A stretch of DNA of 64,000 nucleotides from Bugula neritina (taxonomy: Eukaryota > Animalia > Bryozoa). A program made the position numbers and the translations under genes. The stretch spans positions 20,956,995 to 21,020,994 of the forward strand of contig OZ037765.1 of assembly GCA_964035545.1 (NCBI GenBank), in the 5' to 3' direction. A model generated the notes under the pieces. It made no database searches. It saw only the letters and a program-made list of their open reading frames with translations, and was not told the origin of the DNA. Positions 41,201-57,100 of the stretch are shown here, one piece after another. Positions within the stretch are counted from its first letter, which is position 1. Each line of letters opens with the position of its first letter.

Positions 41201-42137
41201 TGCATGTTGGGTTAAAGAGTTTCAGAATAAAGCAATCAAAGACAACCCCAGTGTTCTTAGGATTACTGTTTGGTGTATAACATTTTAAAATCTCTTTGTA
41301 TAATTATCGCACATTTTCCATGTTTCCTTTTAAAAAAAGTAAAGTAAGCCAATTACAGTTAATAGATAATAAGTTTTCAGTAAAACGTTCCATGATTAAC
41401 TTTAAACAAATACACAACAGTTTGTTTGTACATGAGTCAAACTTTCATACTGTTTATAACAATCAATGTAGAACATGTAGGAATTTAGTGACACTAAAAA
41501 CTTAAATGACCTTTTAATCGCTACTATGTTGAAACTGCATTGTAATCATCAAAGCTTGGGAAATTAATTAGTTGGCAATCAGAGGGTGGTCTTAAAAACA
41601 AGGAAGTGCAATATAGTCTATAATGATGTGACTATGTTACATAAGAATAGGTCTATATGAAACAGTTTACAACATAGAAGCAAAGAACAATTCTATATAG
41701 AATTTATTTTTATCCTGGGAAACTTTATTAATTATTATAGCCAAAAAGCAATGTGGCAAAAGCTCTTATTTAAATGTTCACGTAAAGCTCACAACACTAA
41801 GTAAAGTGAAGCCATTACTGGTAATCTGAGTTTTTATGTCGCTAAAAGATGTGTAGCAGATTACTATATAATCAACCAAAAAACGACAAGAAATTACACA
41901 GTACCATGGGGATGCTTGCCCAGATAGATATAGTGTCAAATGAAAAGAAATGTCAACTCTATACAATGGTCAGCAACTCAACACATAGCTACTTTCATTG
42001 TTAGAACAAGTTTAGACAAATAAATTGCACAAAACAGGTTAACAGTTTAATATGAAAAAAAGTTTAATGGAACAGAGAAAAGAATGCACACAACGTACAT
42101 GTACATTGTAGGTTGAGAGGAACAGCGAGTGGCTGAC

Positions 42138-45100
42138 ATGAAACTAATTAATCATGTGATTTACATAGCAACAGCTTTCATACTTTCAACAGAAGGCTTT
42201 ACGCCAACACAACTGGTAACAAGCACCAGTACGCATGATCACTTCACAGCTACAACACCCACCACCACCACAACAATTACGACAACACCGACAACCACCA
42301 CACCCACCACCACCACACTCACCACTACTACATTATCCACAACCACCACAACACCCACCACCACCACAACAATTACGACAACACCGACAACCACTACACC
42401 CACTACCACTACACCGACCACCAGCACACCCACTATCACCACACCCACTACCACCACACCCACCACCACCACACTCACAACTACTACAACACCCACCACC
42501 ACTAGAACACCAACAACCACCACAACTCCCACCACTACTACAACACCCACCACTACTACAACACCAACAACAACAACAACACCCACAACCACCACAACAC
42601 CCACGACCACCACAACCATTACAACACCCACCACTACTACAACACCAACAACAACAACAACACCCACAACCACCACAACACCCACAACCATTACAACACC
42701 CACCACTACTACAACACCGAGCACTACCACTACAACACCCACCACTGCTACAACACCTACCACTACCGCAACATCCACAACCACCACAACACCCACAACT
42801 ACTACAACATCCACAACCCCCACAACACCCACAACACCCACCACTACTACAACACCAACAACAACAACAACACCCACAACCACCACAACACCCACGACCA
42901 CCACAACCATTACAACACCCACCACTACTACAACACCGACCACTACCACTACAACACCCACCACTGCTACAACACCTACCACTACCGCAACATCCACAAC
43001 CACCACAACACCCACCACTACTACAACATCTACAACCACCACAACACCCACAACTACTACAACATCTACAACACCCTCCACTACTATAACACCCACCACT
43101 ACCACAACGTCTACAACCACCACAACACCCACAACTACTACAACATCTACAACACCCACCACTACTACAACACCCACCACTACTACAACACCCACCACTA
43201 CCACAACATCCACAACCACCACAACACCCACAATTACTACAACATCCACAACCCCCACAACACCCACCACTACTACAACACCCACAACCACCACAACACC
43301 CACCACTGCCACAACATCCACCTCTACTACAACACCCACAACCATCACAACACCCACAACCACCACAACACCCACAACCACCACAACACCCACCACTACC
43401 ACAACATCCACCTCTACTACAACACCCACAACCACCACAACACCAACAACCACCACAACACCCACCACCACATTACCCACCACTACTACAACATCCACAA
43501 CCACTACAACTCCCGCCACTACTACAACACCCACAACCACCACAACACCCATCACTACCACAACATCCACAACCACCACAACACCCACAACCACCACAAC
43601 ACCCACCACTACCACAACATCCACCTCTACTACAACACCCACAACCATCACAACACCCACAACCACCACAACAACAACACCCACAACACCCACCACTACT
43701 ACAACATCCACAACCACTACAACACCTACCACTACTACAACACCCACAACCACCACAACACCCACCACCACTACGTCACCCACTACCACCACAACACCCA
43801 CAACCACCACAACAACAACACCCACAACCACTACAACACCCACCACTACCACAACATCTACCTCTACTACAACACCCACAACCACCACAACACTCCCAAC
43901 CACCACAACACCCACAACCACAACACCCACCACTACTACAACATCAACAACCACTACAACACCCACCACTACTACAACACCCACAACCACCACAACACCC
44001 ACCACCACTACATCACCCACTGCCACCACAAGCACCACAACACTCGCCACCACTACATCACCCACTGCCACCACAACCACCACAACACCCGCCACCACAA
44101 CCACAACACCCACAACCACCACAACACCCACAACCACCACAACACCCACCACTACCACAACATCCACCTCTACTATAACACCCACAACCACCACAACACC
44201 CACAACCACCACAACACCCACAACCACCACAACACCCATCACTACCACAACATCCACCTCTACTACAACACCCACAACCACCACAACACCCACAACCACC
44301 ACAACAACAACACCCACAACCACCACAACACCCACAACCACCACAACACCCACCACCACTACGTCACCCACTACCACCACAACCACTACAACACCCACCA
44401 CTACTACAACACCCACAACCACCACAACACCCACAACCACCACAACACCCACAACCACCACAACACCCACCTCTACCACAACATTCACCTCTACTACAAC
44501 ACCCACAACCATCACAACACCCACAACCACCACAACAACAACACCCACAACACCCACCACTACTACAACATCCACAACCACTACAACACCTACCACTACT
44601 ACAACATTCACAACCACCACAACACCCACCACCACTACGTCACCCACTACCACCACAACCACCACAACACCCACAACCACCACAACAACAACACCCACAA
44701 CCACTACAACACCCACCACTACTACAACACCCACAACCACCACAACACCCACAACCACCACAACACCCACAACCACCACAACAACAATACCCACAACACC
44801 TACCACTACTACAACATCCACAACCACTACAACACCCACCACCACTACATCACCCACTACCACCACAACCACCACAACACCCACAACCACCACAACACCC
44901 ACCACTACCACAACATCTACCTCTACTACAACACCCACAACCACCACAACACCCACAGCCACCACAACACCCACCACTACTACAACATCCACCTCTACTA
45001 CAACACCCACAACCACCACAACACCCACAACCACTACAACACCCACCACTACTACAACATCCACAACCACTACAACACCCACCACTACTACAACACCCAC

Positions 45101-48100
45101 AACCACCACAACACCCACAACCACCACAACACCCACAACAACAATACCCACAACACCTACCACTACTACAACATCCACAACCACTACAACACCCACCACT
45201 ACTACAACACCCACTACCACCACAACACCCACTACCACTACATCACCCACTACCACCACAACCACCACAACACCCACAACCACCACAACAACAACACCCA
45301 CAACCACTACAACACCCACCACTACCACAACATCCACCTCTACTACAACACCCACAACCACCACAACACCCACAACCACCACAACACCCACCACTACTAC
45401 AACATCCACAACCACTACAACACCCACCACTACTACAACACCCACAACCACCACAACACCCACCACTACCACAACATCCACCTCTACTACAACACCCACA
45501 ACCACCACAACACCCACAACCACTACAACACCCACCACTACTACAACATCCACAACCACTACAACACCCACCACTACTACAACACCCACAACCACCACAA
45601 CACCCACCACCACTACGTCACCCACTACCACCACAACCACTACAACACCCACCACTACTACAACACCCACAACCACCACAACACCCACAACCACCACAAC
45701 ACCCACCACTACCACAACATCCACCTCTACTACAACACCCACAACCACCACAACACCCACAACCACCACATCACCCACTACCACCACAACCACCACAACA
45801 CCCGCCACCACAACAACAACACCCACAACCACCACAACACCCACAACCACCACAACACCCACAACCACCACAACAACAACACCCACAACCACCACAACAC
45901 CCACAACCACCACAACACTTACCACCACTACGTCACCCACTACCACCACAACCACTACAACACCCACCACTACTACAACACCCACAACCACCACAACACC
46001 CACAACCACCACAACACCCACCACTACTACAACATCAACAACCACTACAACACCCACTACTACTACAACACCCACAACCACTACAACACCCACTACCACT
46101 ACATCACCCACTACCACCACAACCACCACAACACCCACAACCACCACAACAACAACACCCACAACCACTACAACACCCACCACTACCACAACATCCACCT
46201 CTACTACAACACCCACAACCACCACAACACCCACAACCACCACAACACCCACCACTACTACAACATCCACAACCACTACAACACCCACCACTACTACAAC
46301 ACCCACAACCACCACAACACCCACCACTACCACAACATCCACCTCTACTACAACACCCACAACCACCACAACACCCACAACCACTACAACACCCACCACT
46401 ACTACAACATCCACAACCACTACAACACCCACCACTACTACAACACCCACAACCACCACAACACCCACCACCACTACGTCACCCACTACCACCACAACCA
46501 CTACAACACCCACCACTACTACAACACCCACAACCACCACAACACCCACAACCACCACAACACCCACCACTACCACAACATCCACCTCTACTACAACACC
46601 CACAACCACCACAACACCCACAACCACCACATCACCCACTACCACCACAACCACCACAACACCCGCCACCACAACAACAACACCCACAACCACCACAACA
46701 CCCACAACCACCACAACACCCACAACCACCACAACACTTACCACCACTACGTCACCCACTACCACCACAACCACTACAACACCCACCACTACTACAACAC
46801 CCACAACCACCACAACACCCACAACCACCACAACACCCACCACTACTACAACATCAACAACCACTACAACACCCACTACTACTACAACACCCACAACCAC
46901 CACAACACCCACCACCACTACGTCACCCACTACCACCACAACCACCACAACACCCACAACCACCACAACACCCACCACTACCACAACATCCACCTCTACT
47001 ACAACACCCACAACCACCACAACACCCACAACCACCACAACAACAACACCCACAACACCCACCACTACTACAACATCCACAACCACCACAACACCCACCA
47101 CCACTACAACACCCACAACCACCACAACACCCACAACCACCACAACAACAACACCCACAACACCCACCACTACTACAACATCCACAACCACCACAACACC
47201 CACCACCACTACATCACCCACTACCACCGCAACCACCACAACACCCGCCACCACAACAATAACACCCACAACCACCACAACACCCACAATCACCCCAACA
47301 CCCACAACCACCACAACAACAACACCCACAACCACCACAACACCCACAACCACCACAACACCCACAACCACCACAACACTTACCACCACTACGTCACCCA
47401 CTACCACCACAACCACTACAACACCCACCACTACTACAACACCCACAACCACCACAACACCCACAACCACCACAACACCCACCACTACCACAACATCCAC
47501 CTCTACTACAACACCCACAACCACCACAACACCCACAACCACCACAACACCCACCACTACTACAACATCAACAACCACTACAACACCCACCACTACTACA
47601 ACACCCACAACCACCACAACACCCACCACCACTACATCACCCACTACCACCACAACCACTACAACACCCGCCACCACAACAACAACACCCACAACCACCA
47701 CAACACCCACAACCACCACAACACCCACCACTACCACAACATCCACCTCTACTACAACACCCACAACCACCACAACACCCACAACCACCACAACAACAAC
47801 ACCCACAACCACAACACCCACCACTACTACAACGTCCACAACCACTACAACACCCACCACTACTACAACACCCACAACCACCACAACACCCACCACCACT
47901 ACGACACCCACTACCACCACAACCACCACAACACCTGCCACAACAACAACAACACCCACAACCACCACAACACCCACAACCACCACAACAACAACACCCA
48001 CAACCACCACAACACCCACAACCACCACAACACCCACCACTACCACAACATCCACCTCTACTACAACACCCACAACCACCACAACAACAACACCCACAAC

Positions 48101-51100
48101 CACAACACCCACCACAACCACAACACCCACCACTACTACAACATCCACAACCACTACAATACCCACCACTACCACAACAACAACGCCCACAACACCCACA
48201 ACCACCACAACACCTACAACCACCACAACACCCGCCACCACAACACCCGCCACTACAACAACAACACCCATAACCACCACCACACCCACAACCACCACAA
48301 CACCCACCACTACCACAACATCCACCTCTACTACAACACCCACAACCACCACAACACCCACCACCACAACAACAACACTCACCACTACTACAACACCCAC
48401 TACCACTACAACACCCACCACTACTACAACACCCACTACTACTACAACACCCACCACTACCACAATACCCATAACCACCACCACACCCACAACCACCACA
48501 ACACCCACCACTACCACAACATCCACCTCTACTACAACACCCACAACCACCACCACACCCACCACCACAACAACAACACTCACCACTACTACAACACCCA
48601 CTACCACTACAACACCCACCACTACTACAACACCCACTACTACTACAACACCCACCACTACCACAATACCCACAACCACGACAACACCCACAACCACCAC
48701 AACACCCACCACCACAACAACACCCACCACTACTACAACACCCACCACTACTACAACACTCACAACCACCACAACACCCACTACCATCACAACACCTACA
48801 ACTACTACAACACCCACAACTACTACAACCACTACAACACCCACCACTACTTTAACACCCACCACTACTTTAACACCCACCACTACTATAACCACTACAA
48901 CACCCACCACTACCACCACACCCACCACTACCACAACATCCATAACCACCACAACACCCACAGCTACTACAACCACTATAACACCCACCACTACTACAAC
49001 ACCCACAACCACCACAACACCCACAGCTACTACAACCACTATAACACCCACCACTACTACAACACCCACAACCACCACAACACCCACAACTACAACATCA
49101 CTGCAAAGTATTTCAACTTCATCATCTGGTCCAACCTCAACAACTGCACAACCAACTGGAACCCAAACCAGTTCTTCTACAGTGAACCCAAATACTACAA
49201 CGCTAGCACCATTTACCACCTCAGCAACCGTTTCAACTACTGGAGACCTAGGTATAGCTCTACAATCTCATATCAATGTGCTCTATATACGTCACTAACA
49301 ATTGCAACCTCAATCTAATCAAACAATTGAGCTCAAACCAGTTTTTCTCACACCAAGCCCAAGCAATTCTAAAAAATTTTCACCAATTGCGTACAATAAT
49401 TCACTAGATTTTCATTTTTTCTTCCAGTAATGATTTTTCAACTTCTCTACAAAAAATGCTTTTTAGCAGCATTTTTTCTACATAAAATTGAGATTATTAT
49501 TTGGTGTTTTTACTGTAGTTTAGCTGTTTTATAAGTAGTTTTTTTATAATAAAGATAATTTTTTTCATGTGCTCTTCCATTTTATTCTATCACTAGATAT
49601 CCAGGTTTTGATGATTTTACAGTTTGTGGTCAAGATGCTTCCTCGGTTTCTTCAACCAGGCTTTATCCTTGGGGTGAGGCAGTTGGCGATACAGATCTTC
49701 AGTTTAACTCCTTCAAGTGTTCTGTTCTCAATCTAAATGGGAAAGCTGGCCTGCTCTTTTTCAACACAAGACAGCATGACATACATGTAAGATAACATTT
49801 ATTGCAACTAAGACTACTCTTCTGTTGCTCACTTTTATCAAGTAGGCAGTATTCTTAAACATGCCGTTTCTGACATCGTTTCATTTTGTTTTTGGATCCA
49901 TAGTACTTGCTCATCTTTCAGATATGCAGTAATGGCTTTTTGGGGTTTGAACTGGAATATAGGCCATCTACTCCCTGGCGGCTTGGTACCAATGGTTGGT
50001 ACAATCAAAAATCTTTGATCTCTCCATTTTGGGCTCTCTCAGATGAAGTTACGTTAAGTCTTCTTCCTGAAGAGTGTACTGATTTCCGTTCCAAAGTTTA
50101 TTATCAAGAATATGAGCGAAGTGTTACTATGAGTGATGAGACTAAAATTATTCTAGACCGAGCAATGGTTGATGTACAGGATTCATGTGAGTTAAGGGTC
50201 CTTTCTTATATATCTTTTGGTCAATCAAACAGCTTTTTGTCAACTCTGCCGACTTGAAACTCCACCAGTTATGTAGAAGGTTTTTGCTATTGATTAGTTA
50301 AAGTTGTATATTGTTTTTAGAGAAATAATAACAGTGTAAGCTAATTATCTTTACATTATCTACACTGACACATTTCTATTTTTATTAGGCATTAAATGGA
50401 ATGCAGACTTGTACAATCTCTGAGCTTAGCTTTTTAGATTTTACGTTTGAGGATCTAGCCCTAAATTTTGGTAATCGCTAATATTCTTTGTTCACTACAT
50501 TGAACTTGTTAGCAATTAAAAACTGTCTGCTCATATGGACATACATAATTTAAAATTAATATGCATTAAGGCCAAGTTCAAAGACTAAATAACTGATTTA
50601 AACATGCAGTGTAATTACTAATTAAGTATAATAATTATTAACATAGTTTAAAATATTCAGCAGTAATTTAAGAGCAACGTTCCTGTAGAAGTGAAACCAA
50701 AATATTTTACAAGCTGACCAATTACAGTTAGTCAATTTATTTAAAGCAATACAATTTCTCATCAAATTAAGATGTTACGTTCTGGGGCAACTCATAGCAC
50801 AAAATTATTTTCTTATGTATATGCTAAGTCATAAGCATAAGTATCAATCTTTGGCCTTTTTATTAAATGCATGAAAAAACTATTGTCTTTAGAAATTGTA
50901 TGTGATCAATTTCAATTTTGTTTTAGCTGAAGCTGTTCCAGATTTTGAGCCATCATGGGTCCTAGTAATTACATGGATCAATATGATCCCCAACATTAAT
51001 GACTGCCGATCCCGCGCTATAAACTACTTATTTAACATTGATACTAAAGAAGTTGCTGACTGCCTCACTATAGCTAAGTCAGCTAAGGTAATAATTAACA

Positions 51101-54100
51101 TAATATAATATAATTGGTCAGATAACAACAATGACTTGTGCAAAGCCTGGGGTGCAAATATGTCAAGTTTTGTTTAACCTCATTTATACTCATAGTTTAG
51201 CATTTCAATTTATCACGTGATTATTAATTATTTTACAGACATACAGCTTCATTTAATGCTATAAAATATGCATGTGAACAACGGCATTCTTCTTCAAAAA
51301 TACTCAATTCTCCCCAACATTTTTCATAGTAAAGTACTGTTGTAAAGATGCTTACTTTTAGCCTTTAATGTTTCCAAACAGCGTCAGTTTGTGTCAACCC
51401 TTTTGATAGTACTTATTTAACTTTATGTATGAGGACGATGTTTTATCTTATGATACTTCATTTTAGCTGCTATACTCATAAATAAAATTTTACAAGAACT
51501 ATTAATTTCAATCAAAATATGTTTCCCAAAAGCCCATGTCACATTGTATATTGAATAGGTTCAACTACAATTATACAAATTGACTGCTGGTAGCCTATAT
51601 CTGAATTAATTATGTGTAGCCTAACTCCTTTTCTAGAAAGCTTATATTATAAACTTGGTTTAATCAAAAGCTGCTTACGTGGTGACTTTGAATGCTTGTT
51701 AACTAGTCTCAAAACATTAGCATCGTAAAAGCCACCTATTTGTTGATAAAGCTTAAAGCTAATTTTACTATTTTGCTTTTAGCGAAATCATTTCCAAGCT
51801 GTCATTATCACAGACGGAGTTTACACGTTCATCAAATATAATTACCCAGAGAATGGAATCAACTGGGCATATCCTGGTAAATATGATTTAGTTTTTATCT
51901 AATAGAAATATCTAGTATTCATTTAAAAATATATGTATGAAGTGAACCAAGATGAAAAGAGGTCTGACGAATATCTCCAAGTCAACCATTGTTGCACATT
52001 CCTCCTTATACACTAACACTTCCCAAAACTTGTTCAACAAAATGATAGTTCAGTTGACGACATTTTTTCTCTATAATTAAATATATATGCTGCCAGAGCA
52101 CATCATACAAATGGCGTAATGTCACAGCCATTAAACTATAACTATAAAAAAGTTTTAGTTCATTGGGCACATCAGTTCAATAAGTGCTGTTGATATGATG
52201 TAGAATTCTAAATGCATTTTGCATGTTTTGTTGTAACCTATGCCACCAAGGCAGAGCTGGTATATTTTGTATTGACTTTGTTAGCTAAGTACCATGTGTT
52301 TGCATTAGCTACGGTATTCATTTATTTGAAATGTTATTATTAGTTGTGGTTAGATCACGTCATACTATTGTGTAAACTGCAAATCAATAGCCACACGAAG
52401 CACTTTCTAAATGTACCTGAATTGTGCATACCCTTACATTAACCATCCCAAGACTGATATATACTAAAGCTGTAAAATTTTAGATGAATTACTTAAATTT
52501 TTAGCTTCAATGTAGGCTCTTTTAGTACAAAATAATTTCTATTTTTAAAGAGCAGTAACTGCAGAGCAATTCTAAGCAGATCAATTCAGAATTTCTGCAC
52601 AGTTACTAGTGCCAGACACTTATCTTATCACAATTATATATAACAATGTCTTAACTGCTTAATAAGAAAGTTAACTTGCGTGCTGTTTGAGCATTATCAA
52701 GCAATGTAATTGAATCTTTAAAAGGCTACTTTTAAACATGAACCCACTCTGTAGGCATAAATTGAATATATCTAATGTGTATACAAAATAGACTTCACAA
52801 CTTATTGATATAATTTTTTCTAGATTTTAAAATATAGTTATGAAATAATAAAATTTAGGAGGCAGAAAATAACATAAATAAAACATATGTTACCAATGCG
52901 ATAATGTGCATGCTTTGACTAAATTTAGAAATTTTTTGCATTGATCATGAATTTTAGGAATTATATAATAAATTAGTTAGTCTATTTTTTCTTTTCCAGG
53001 GATCACTGATTGGACAGCACAAATGCAGGAATCATCACAAAATATGCATGGAACGGCAGTCACAGGCTTCCAAGCCCCATCAGCAAATGGAGACGTTAAC
53101 GCGGTGAACATTGGTGGGAGTGGCACAATGAATGTGATCAACATCGATTCTAACGCAGGAAATATGAACGGTTGGAATAAAAAACTTATTTTTTATATGA
53201 GATAGTGAATAATTTTGATCAGGTTTTATAGTTATCCTAAATTAATACATTTCCGATTTTTAAGAGTATTGGCAGCTGGCAAATTGCCGACAAATTTGTT
53301 GGGAAGTGCTTTTATTTTAAAGTTTTGAACTGTATTTATTATAGCCATTTTGCAGTTATTACTTTCAGTTGAAACTGTTTTAAAGAAATTAATCTCATTA
53401 TCATCAAGCTCATTTCCTACATAAATATTTATGTAGATTCACGGGTCGGCGAGTGGTTGTTCCAGGTAGACGAGTCTGATGGTACAGTGAGTGCAGAAGT
53501 TAAGTGCAATCAATGGGTAGCAAAACAAAATCAACAAACATACCTCAAGTTCAATCGAAAAGCACAATGCCCTCAAACCCTTTGGCAAGTGTTTTGGGAC
53601 TTTGAGTGAGTTTATTAGTTTAAGTTACAAAACAGGTCTTAGCTTTTTAGCTTCATATTATTTTGAGAATGTTATTAGCAAATATCTTATGATATATACT
53701 GTGGTACATGACATATGCTATTGTATATGGTATATGGTATATAGTTTATAGATTGCTGCAATATCCTTATACTATATATGTACCTGTTCTAGATATACCA
53801 CACACTCATACAGCTTCAATGGTCGATTCGACTCATGGTGTATGCAGTCTACATTTGCTGACCAATCAGGGCTCAAACAGCAGTGTTGCTATGATTTGAA
53901 TTGGGACTCTTCATCCTACAGCTCCTTGATAACAGAATTTCCATATCATGGGCACGTCATTGATACAGTAAGCACGTCTTGTCCTTTAAGTTAAAAATCA
54001 CCTTAGTTTATATCAGGGTGTATATAAATGCATGTAAATAATCAGTTTGACATATATCAACAGCTTATAAACATGTAAATTTAGACTGCTGGTTATAATA

Positions 54101-57100
54101 TTAATTATTTTAGATTCAAAATTTGATGCTCGACCTTAAAAAAATTATAGAACCAGATAAAATAGTGAAGAGAGACTGAGGTTTATAAAAATCAACTTAC
54201 TTTTTGGCTTACAAAGAAATTATAATACAGTTTGTTATAATGCTTATAAACATTTTAGACAAATCTGGAAGAGGATAAAGAAGCCTACGAACAGTGCTGT
54301 GTACTTGCTACAAGTTCATGTAAAACTTTCTTTCAATATCGGCCAGTGAATGATGGAAGATGGTATATTCAACCTACCATGTGTAAGCTGTTAATGATTA
54401 CCACAAAAACTTTTTAAATTATTCCAAACTTCAAATGCTGATTCAATATTTCTGTGGGAGACGACTGTGTTGCAATGGAAGGAACAAATTTCAATGTATA
54501 ACTATACAACTTATTTTTATTTTGATATAATTAATATATATTGTAAAAGTGTAGTGTAAACTTGTTAAATTGCTTAACTCTTTTGTAAGCACCCAGTTGA
54601 GATAGATCATTTTGTGTTTAGGGCCATGGTTTGGAGATCCTCACATAGTAACATCTGATGGCTTTTCATACACCTTTAATGGACTTGGTGAATATTTATT
54701 TACACGGATTGGAGATAATGATACAATCATACAGGCCAGAACTGAAAGAGTCAAGTTGGAAGATGGGAGTAAGTACATTTAGATATAGTTATGATAAATT
54801 TCATAACTTAATGTATGAAACTTAAATTATGGTATACATATTATTTTGTTACATGGTAATAAGTAAACTGTCATATTCCAGGTCTGGGACAAGCTACATA
54901 CTTCAGTGCAGTCTGCATAGCAGTGTCTGGATTACCCAGAGTACAGATTCAGATCAACAAGTCTCCTCTTGGTGCAGGAGTAGCCAACACAACTCAGTTG
55001 ATAATTAATGGTACGATAGTAGATATCTCAGTAATTGAGGAAGACGCTAATGGAACTCAGACTATAGAAGGAGTAGATAGTAACATCATGTTTGAAAGAG
55101 ATAATGTCAGTTTAACGGTTCTCTTCAGCTCTGGTCTGGCTCTGACAGCTACTCCCCAGAACGTGAGTGCAATATTGGTACATTTCTACTAGGTTAATAC
55201 TGCTGTAGCATTCCTATCCAGTGTACATAATGTATCAGTAAACCTTCTAGGTAAAAATAATTTTGAGCAAGAAGACAATAGAAGCAATGTTAAATAATTA
55301 TATTGTAGCTGACTTATCAAAGATCCCTTGTATTATTATAATGCAAAATGTTTAATAAAAAGCAATTATTAAGAAAATAACATATCTGTATTATAATTGA
55401 ATTTCATCACCTATTAACTAAACCTATATATTCATTGTTTCTGTAGTTAACCTTGGGATGAAGTTAATGAGCAAAAACTTATATAAATATCTCAATAGGC
55501 CATCTCATATATAAGTTTATGCATGAATTAGTTTGTATAGTCTACAATCCTACTGTTGCTGTTATAGAAAATGCTGACACTAACTCTCAGTATGCCAAGT
55601 AAAGTAATGGGTTCAACAGTTGGTTTGACTGGAGTGTTTGATGGAGATCAAGAAAATGATTTAACTTACTTGAATGGTACTGGACACATCTCTATTAACT
55701 CTACAGAAATGGAGATATTTGATTGGGCGAGCACTTGTAAGTATTGTTCTGTTTATATTTATTGTAAATACAGTTACATCAGCTGCACACTGCACACTGC
55801 ACACTGCACACTGCACACTGCACACTGCACACTGCACACTGCACACTGCACACTGCACACTGCACACTGCACACTGCATGTATAGGTTGGCTAAGGCCAG
55901 AATTCTAATATGACTTGTTTGTTGTACTGTATTGCAGTTGCTGTATCTGAAGAGGATTCTATCATGTATTATACTGAAGATGGAACTGACTGGTCAACTT
56001 ATAACAACAATTCATTTGTACCCGTGTTTACTGATAACATTGATAACTGGGTGTGGTCTTCTGAGGAATTTAAAACAGAAGCATTCGAAGCATGTGGAGA
56101 TGATGATGTCTGTTTGTATGACGTCTTTATTACCGGAGACGTTGAAGTTGGTAAAAGCAGCAAACTGACTGCTGAAGACAGCGCTAAAACAAATGCAGAA
56201 TTAAGTATGTGCATATTATATCAGCCTTCATTGAACTCTTAGTTTCCTTAACATATTTTCATTTGCCAGACTGTCATATGCCTCAATTATAAACATGATG
56301 AACTGCCAGAGTATAATATAATGCTTTGCGATTTCACATGTAATTTCAGACTAACTTTGACTACAAAATCAGCATTAAAGCTCAGTTTTTGTCAATATTT
56401 TAGGTAACTTTGCTCCCAACATTAATGGTGAAGATTATATTGTCATCACTGATGGAAGCTTCACTTACTCTGCTTACGTAAATGATACAAACGGAGATGA
56501 TATCACTATATCCACCAACATTGACAGCACAATCACAGTGATTGGCGACCAAGTGACTATCACAGGCTCAATAGCAATCATGAACAACTTTAGTCACTTC
56601 AGTATAACAGCAAAGGTAGTTAGAATTTTATACAAACTATAACCACAGGCTAGCTTTACTTTGAAGAATCAGCAAAAAGGCTTTTGGAAGTTGAAAAATA
56701 TTTTGCTAGATTTTACATAACGTAATTTAAGGAAGACATGAAATTTCTAGTTTATATTTTTTACATTTAACAACAGCTATATTTAAAATGCATTGACAAG
56801 AATTTCAAAAGTCCAAAACCTTTTTTAATTTAGATGCTGTTAGCTATATGATTGGGTAATATTTAATTTGTAGATTAACACTTGGCTATTTTAAAATCTG
56901 AGGAATAAGTATTGCCTTATTTTCCTTTGCAGGACAGTAAGGGAGCAGCAAGTATGAAGACCCTTATAGCCCTTATTTGTAGCTGTGTAAATAATGGGTC
57001 ATGCGTTGAGCTAACAGCCTTACAGAAAGAATCAATAGAAACCAAGTACCTATTTACAAATATTTGCTTTTTTACAATTTACCTTTTTCATATAATATAA

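Noticed and set aside
42239-49219. 2,326-aa antisense poly-Val/Gly ORF and the 284-aa PQHP ORF
   Set aside because: Reverse complements of ACN/CCN codons rarely form stops, so long antisense ORFs are expected; no independent gene signals.
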